64,000 nucleotides of DNA from Bacillales bacterium UBA4278 (lineage in GTDB: Bacteria; Bacillota_I; Bacilli_A; RFN20; CAG-826): the NCBI GenBank assembly GCA_002395065.1, contig DGVS01000005.1:78928-142927 (forward strand), written 5' to 3'. Positions 62,699 through 64,000 of this stretch are shown in pieces (positions within the stretch are counted from its first letter, which is position 1; every line of letters starts with the position of its first letter). The notes below the pieces were generated by a model that had not been told where the DNA came from, made no database searches, and worked only from the letters and a program-made list of their open reading frames with translations. Position numbers and translations under genes: made by a program.

Positions 62699-64000
62699 TT
62701 ATTTAACGATGAGGCTCCAAACGGACCAACCACTGGAAATCATTGGTGCCATAATTAAGGCAATAACACTCATCAATTTGATGAGAATATCCATTGTTGG
62801 ACCAGCAGTGTCTTTTAGAGGATCACCAACAGTATCACCGGTCACAGCAGCATGGTGAGCTTCTGTTCCCTTCTTACCAATTTGTTCGATGTATTTCTTG
62901 GCGTTATCCCAGGCACCACCGGAGTTCGCCATGAAGATCGCGAGCATTCCTGAGGAGGCAAGCCCACCGATTAAGAGAGCTCCTAATCCGGCTTTACCTA
63001 GAAGCACACCAACAAGAATTGGAGTGACAACAGCGACGATTCCAGGAACAATCATCTCTTTAAGAGATGCACGTGTTGCAATATCAATGCAACGGTTGTA
63101 ATCTGGTTTTTCAGTTCCAGCAAGAATTCCTGGGTGTTCTTGGAATTGTTGTCTAATTTCGAGAACCATCTTGTTCGCGGCTTTACCGACTGAGTTGATG
63201 ACAAAGCTTGAGAATAAGAATGGAACCATGACACCGATCAAGATGCCGATGACAAATGGTGTAACATCAACGGTCATGTTTGTGTAGGCTGAGTTTGCGG
63301 TAATGTCTTCAATTAAGCCACTAACTTGTCCATAGGACAAAACAAGAGCTAAAGCTGTGAATGTGGCTGAACCAGTACAGAAACCTTTACCAACAGCGGC
63401 TGTGGTATTTCCGACAGCATCGAGGTGGTCAGTGATTTCACGAACTTCTGGACGTAATCCGCTCATTTGGGCAAGTCCACCAGCGTTATCACTGATTGGA
63501 CCATAACCATCAACAGAAATAGTAATACCGGCTGTGGAAAGCATTCCAACAGCGGCTAAACCGATACCATAGATACCAAAGCAGAAGTAAGCAACGATGA
63601 TACCAACTGATAAAGCGATAACTGTCGCGGCAGTAGATTTCATACCACTGGCAAAGCCAGCAATAATGTTTGTGGCGTGTCCAGTTTCGCTTTCTTTAGC
63701 GATATGTTTGACGGTCTTATAATCCGCAGAAGTGTAGATTTCGGCAATCTTACCAACAGCAACACCACAAGCTAGACCTGCTGCAACAGCAGCAATGGCC
63801 CATGGAGCAGCGTGCCCATCAACGGACATAAAGCTTCCGTCAGCATTCCTTAGATAGAAGACACTAAGGAAGACACTAGCAACAATAACAATACCAACGG
63901 CAATATATGTTGCAATGTCGAGTGTTTTTTGTGGATCTTTCCACTCTCTTAATCTAATGATTAAGACAGAAATGATTGAGGCAATAATACCTAAGCCAGC
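62699..64000 (-). CDS. hppA: Membrane-integral Na+/H+-translocating pyrophosphatase, K+-dependent type (5' part outside window)
   Basis: [22 protein letters not shown] (Ala = K+-dependent), [19 protein letters not shown]; frame open to the window edge. Confidence 0.92.
   Translation of the reverse strand, partial: AGLGIIASIISVLIIRLREWKDPQKTLDIATYIAVGIVIVASVFLSVFYLRNADGSFMSVDGHAAPWAIAAVAAGLACGVAVGKIAEIYTSADYKTVKHIAKESETGHATNIIAGFASGMKSTAATVIALSVGIIVAYFCFGIYGIGLAAVGMLSTAGITISVDGYGPISDNAGGLAQMSGLRPEVREITDHLDAVGNTTAAVGKGFCTGSATFTALALVLSYGQVSGLIEDITANSAYTNMTVDVTPFVIGILIGVMVPFLFSSFVINSVGKAANKMVLEIRQQFQEHPGILAGTEKPDYNRCIDIATRASLKEMIVPGIVAVVTPILVGVLLGKAGLGALLIGGLASSGMLAIFMANSGGAWDNAKKYIEQIGKKGTEAHHAAVTGDTVGDPLKDTAGPTMDILIKLMSVIALIMAPMISSGWSVWSLIVK

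Overview
Core-genome segment of a low-GC, genome-reduced Bacilli/Mollicutes-like bacterium. TGA is used as stop (code 11), and the Mycoplasma-type EF-P loop, NadD-YqeK fusion and homodimeric GlyRS suggest an Erysipelotrichales/RFN20/RF39-like lineage (inference). The window spans the replication terminus: genes are mostly + strand before about 8 kb and mostly - strand after, with a 28-bp dif site at 8027-8054 close to xerD and parCE. Content is housekeeping: MEP pathway (dxs, ispG, ispH), yqeG-yqeH-nadD/yqeK-rsfS, ybeY-cdd-era-recO-glyQS-dnaG-rpoD, hrcA-grpE-dnaK-dnaJ with two CIRCEs, comEA-comEC-holA, T-box-valS, tig-lon-engB and hppA. I found no tRNA, rRNA, IS, prophage or CRISPR. The most interesting signals are non-coding: (1) five intergenic arrays of the heptamer TTAGTA(G/A) at an 11-bp period, two next to DnaA boxes and one upstream of a Fic-wHTH gene with a degenerate Fic motif; (2) an orphan XerD arm of dif abutting the dinB-xerD promoter; (3) about ten apparently leaderless genes; (4) a CRP-type box at -41.5 between a Crp/Fnr regulator and an ABC operon; (5) a ComX-like promoter motif shared by comEA and an ATPase-less C39 peptidase membrane protein. 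All calls come from reading the sequence; no database searches were run.
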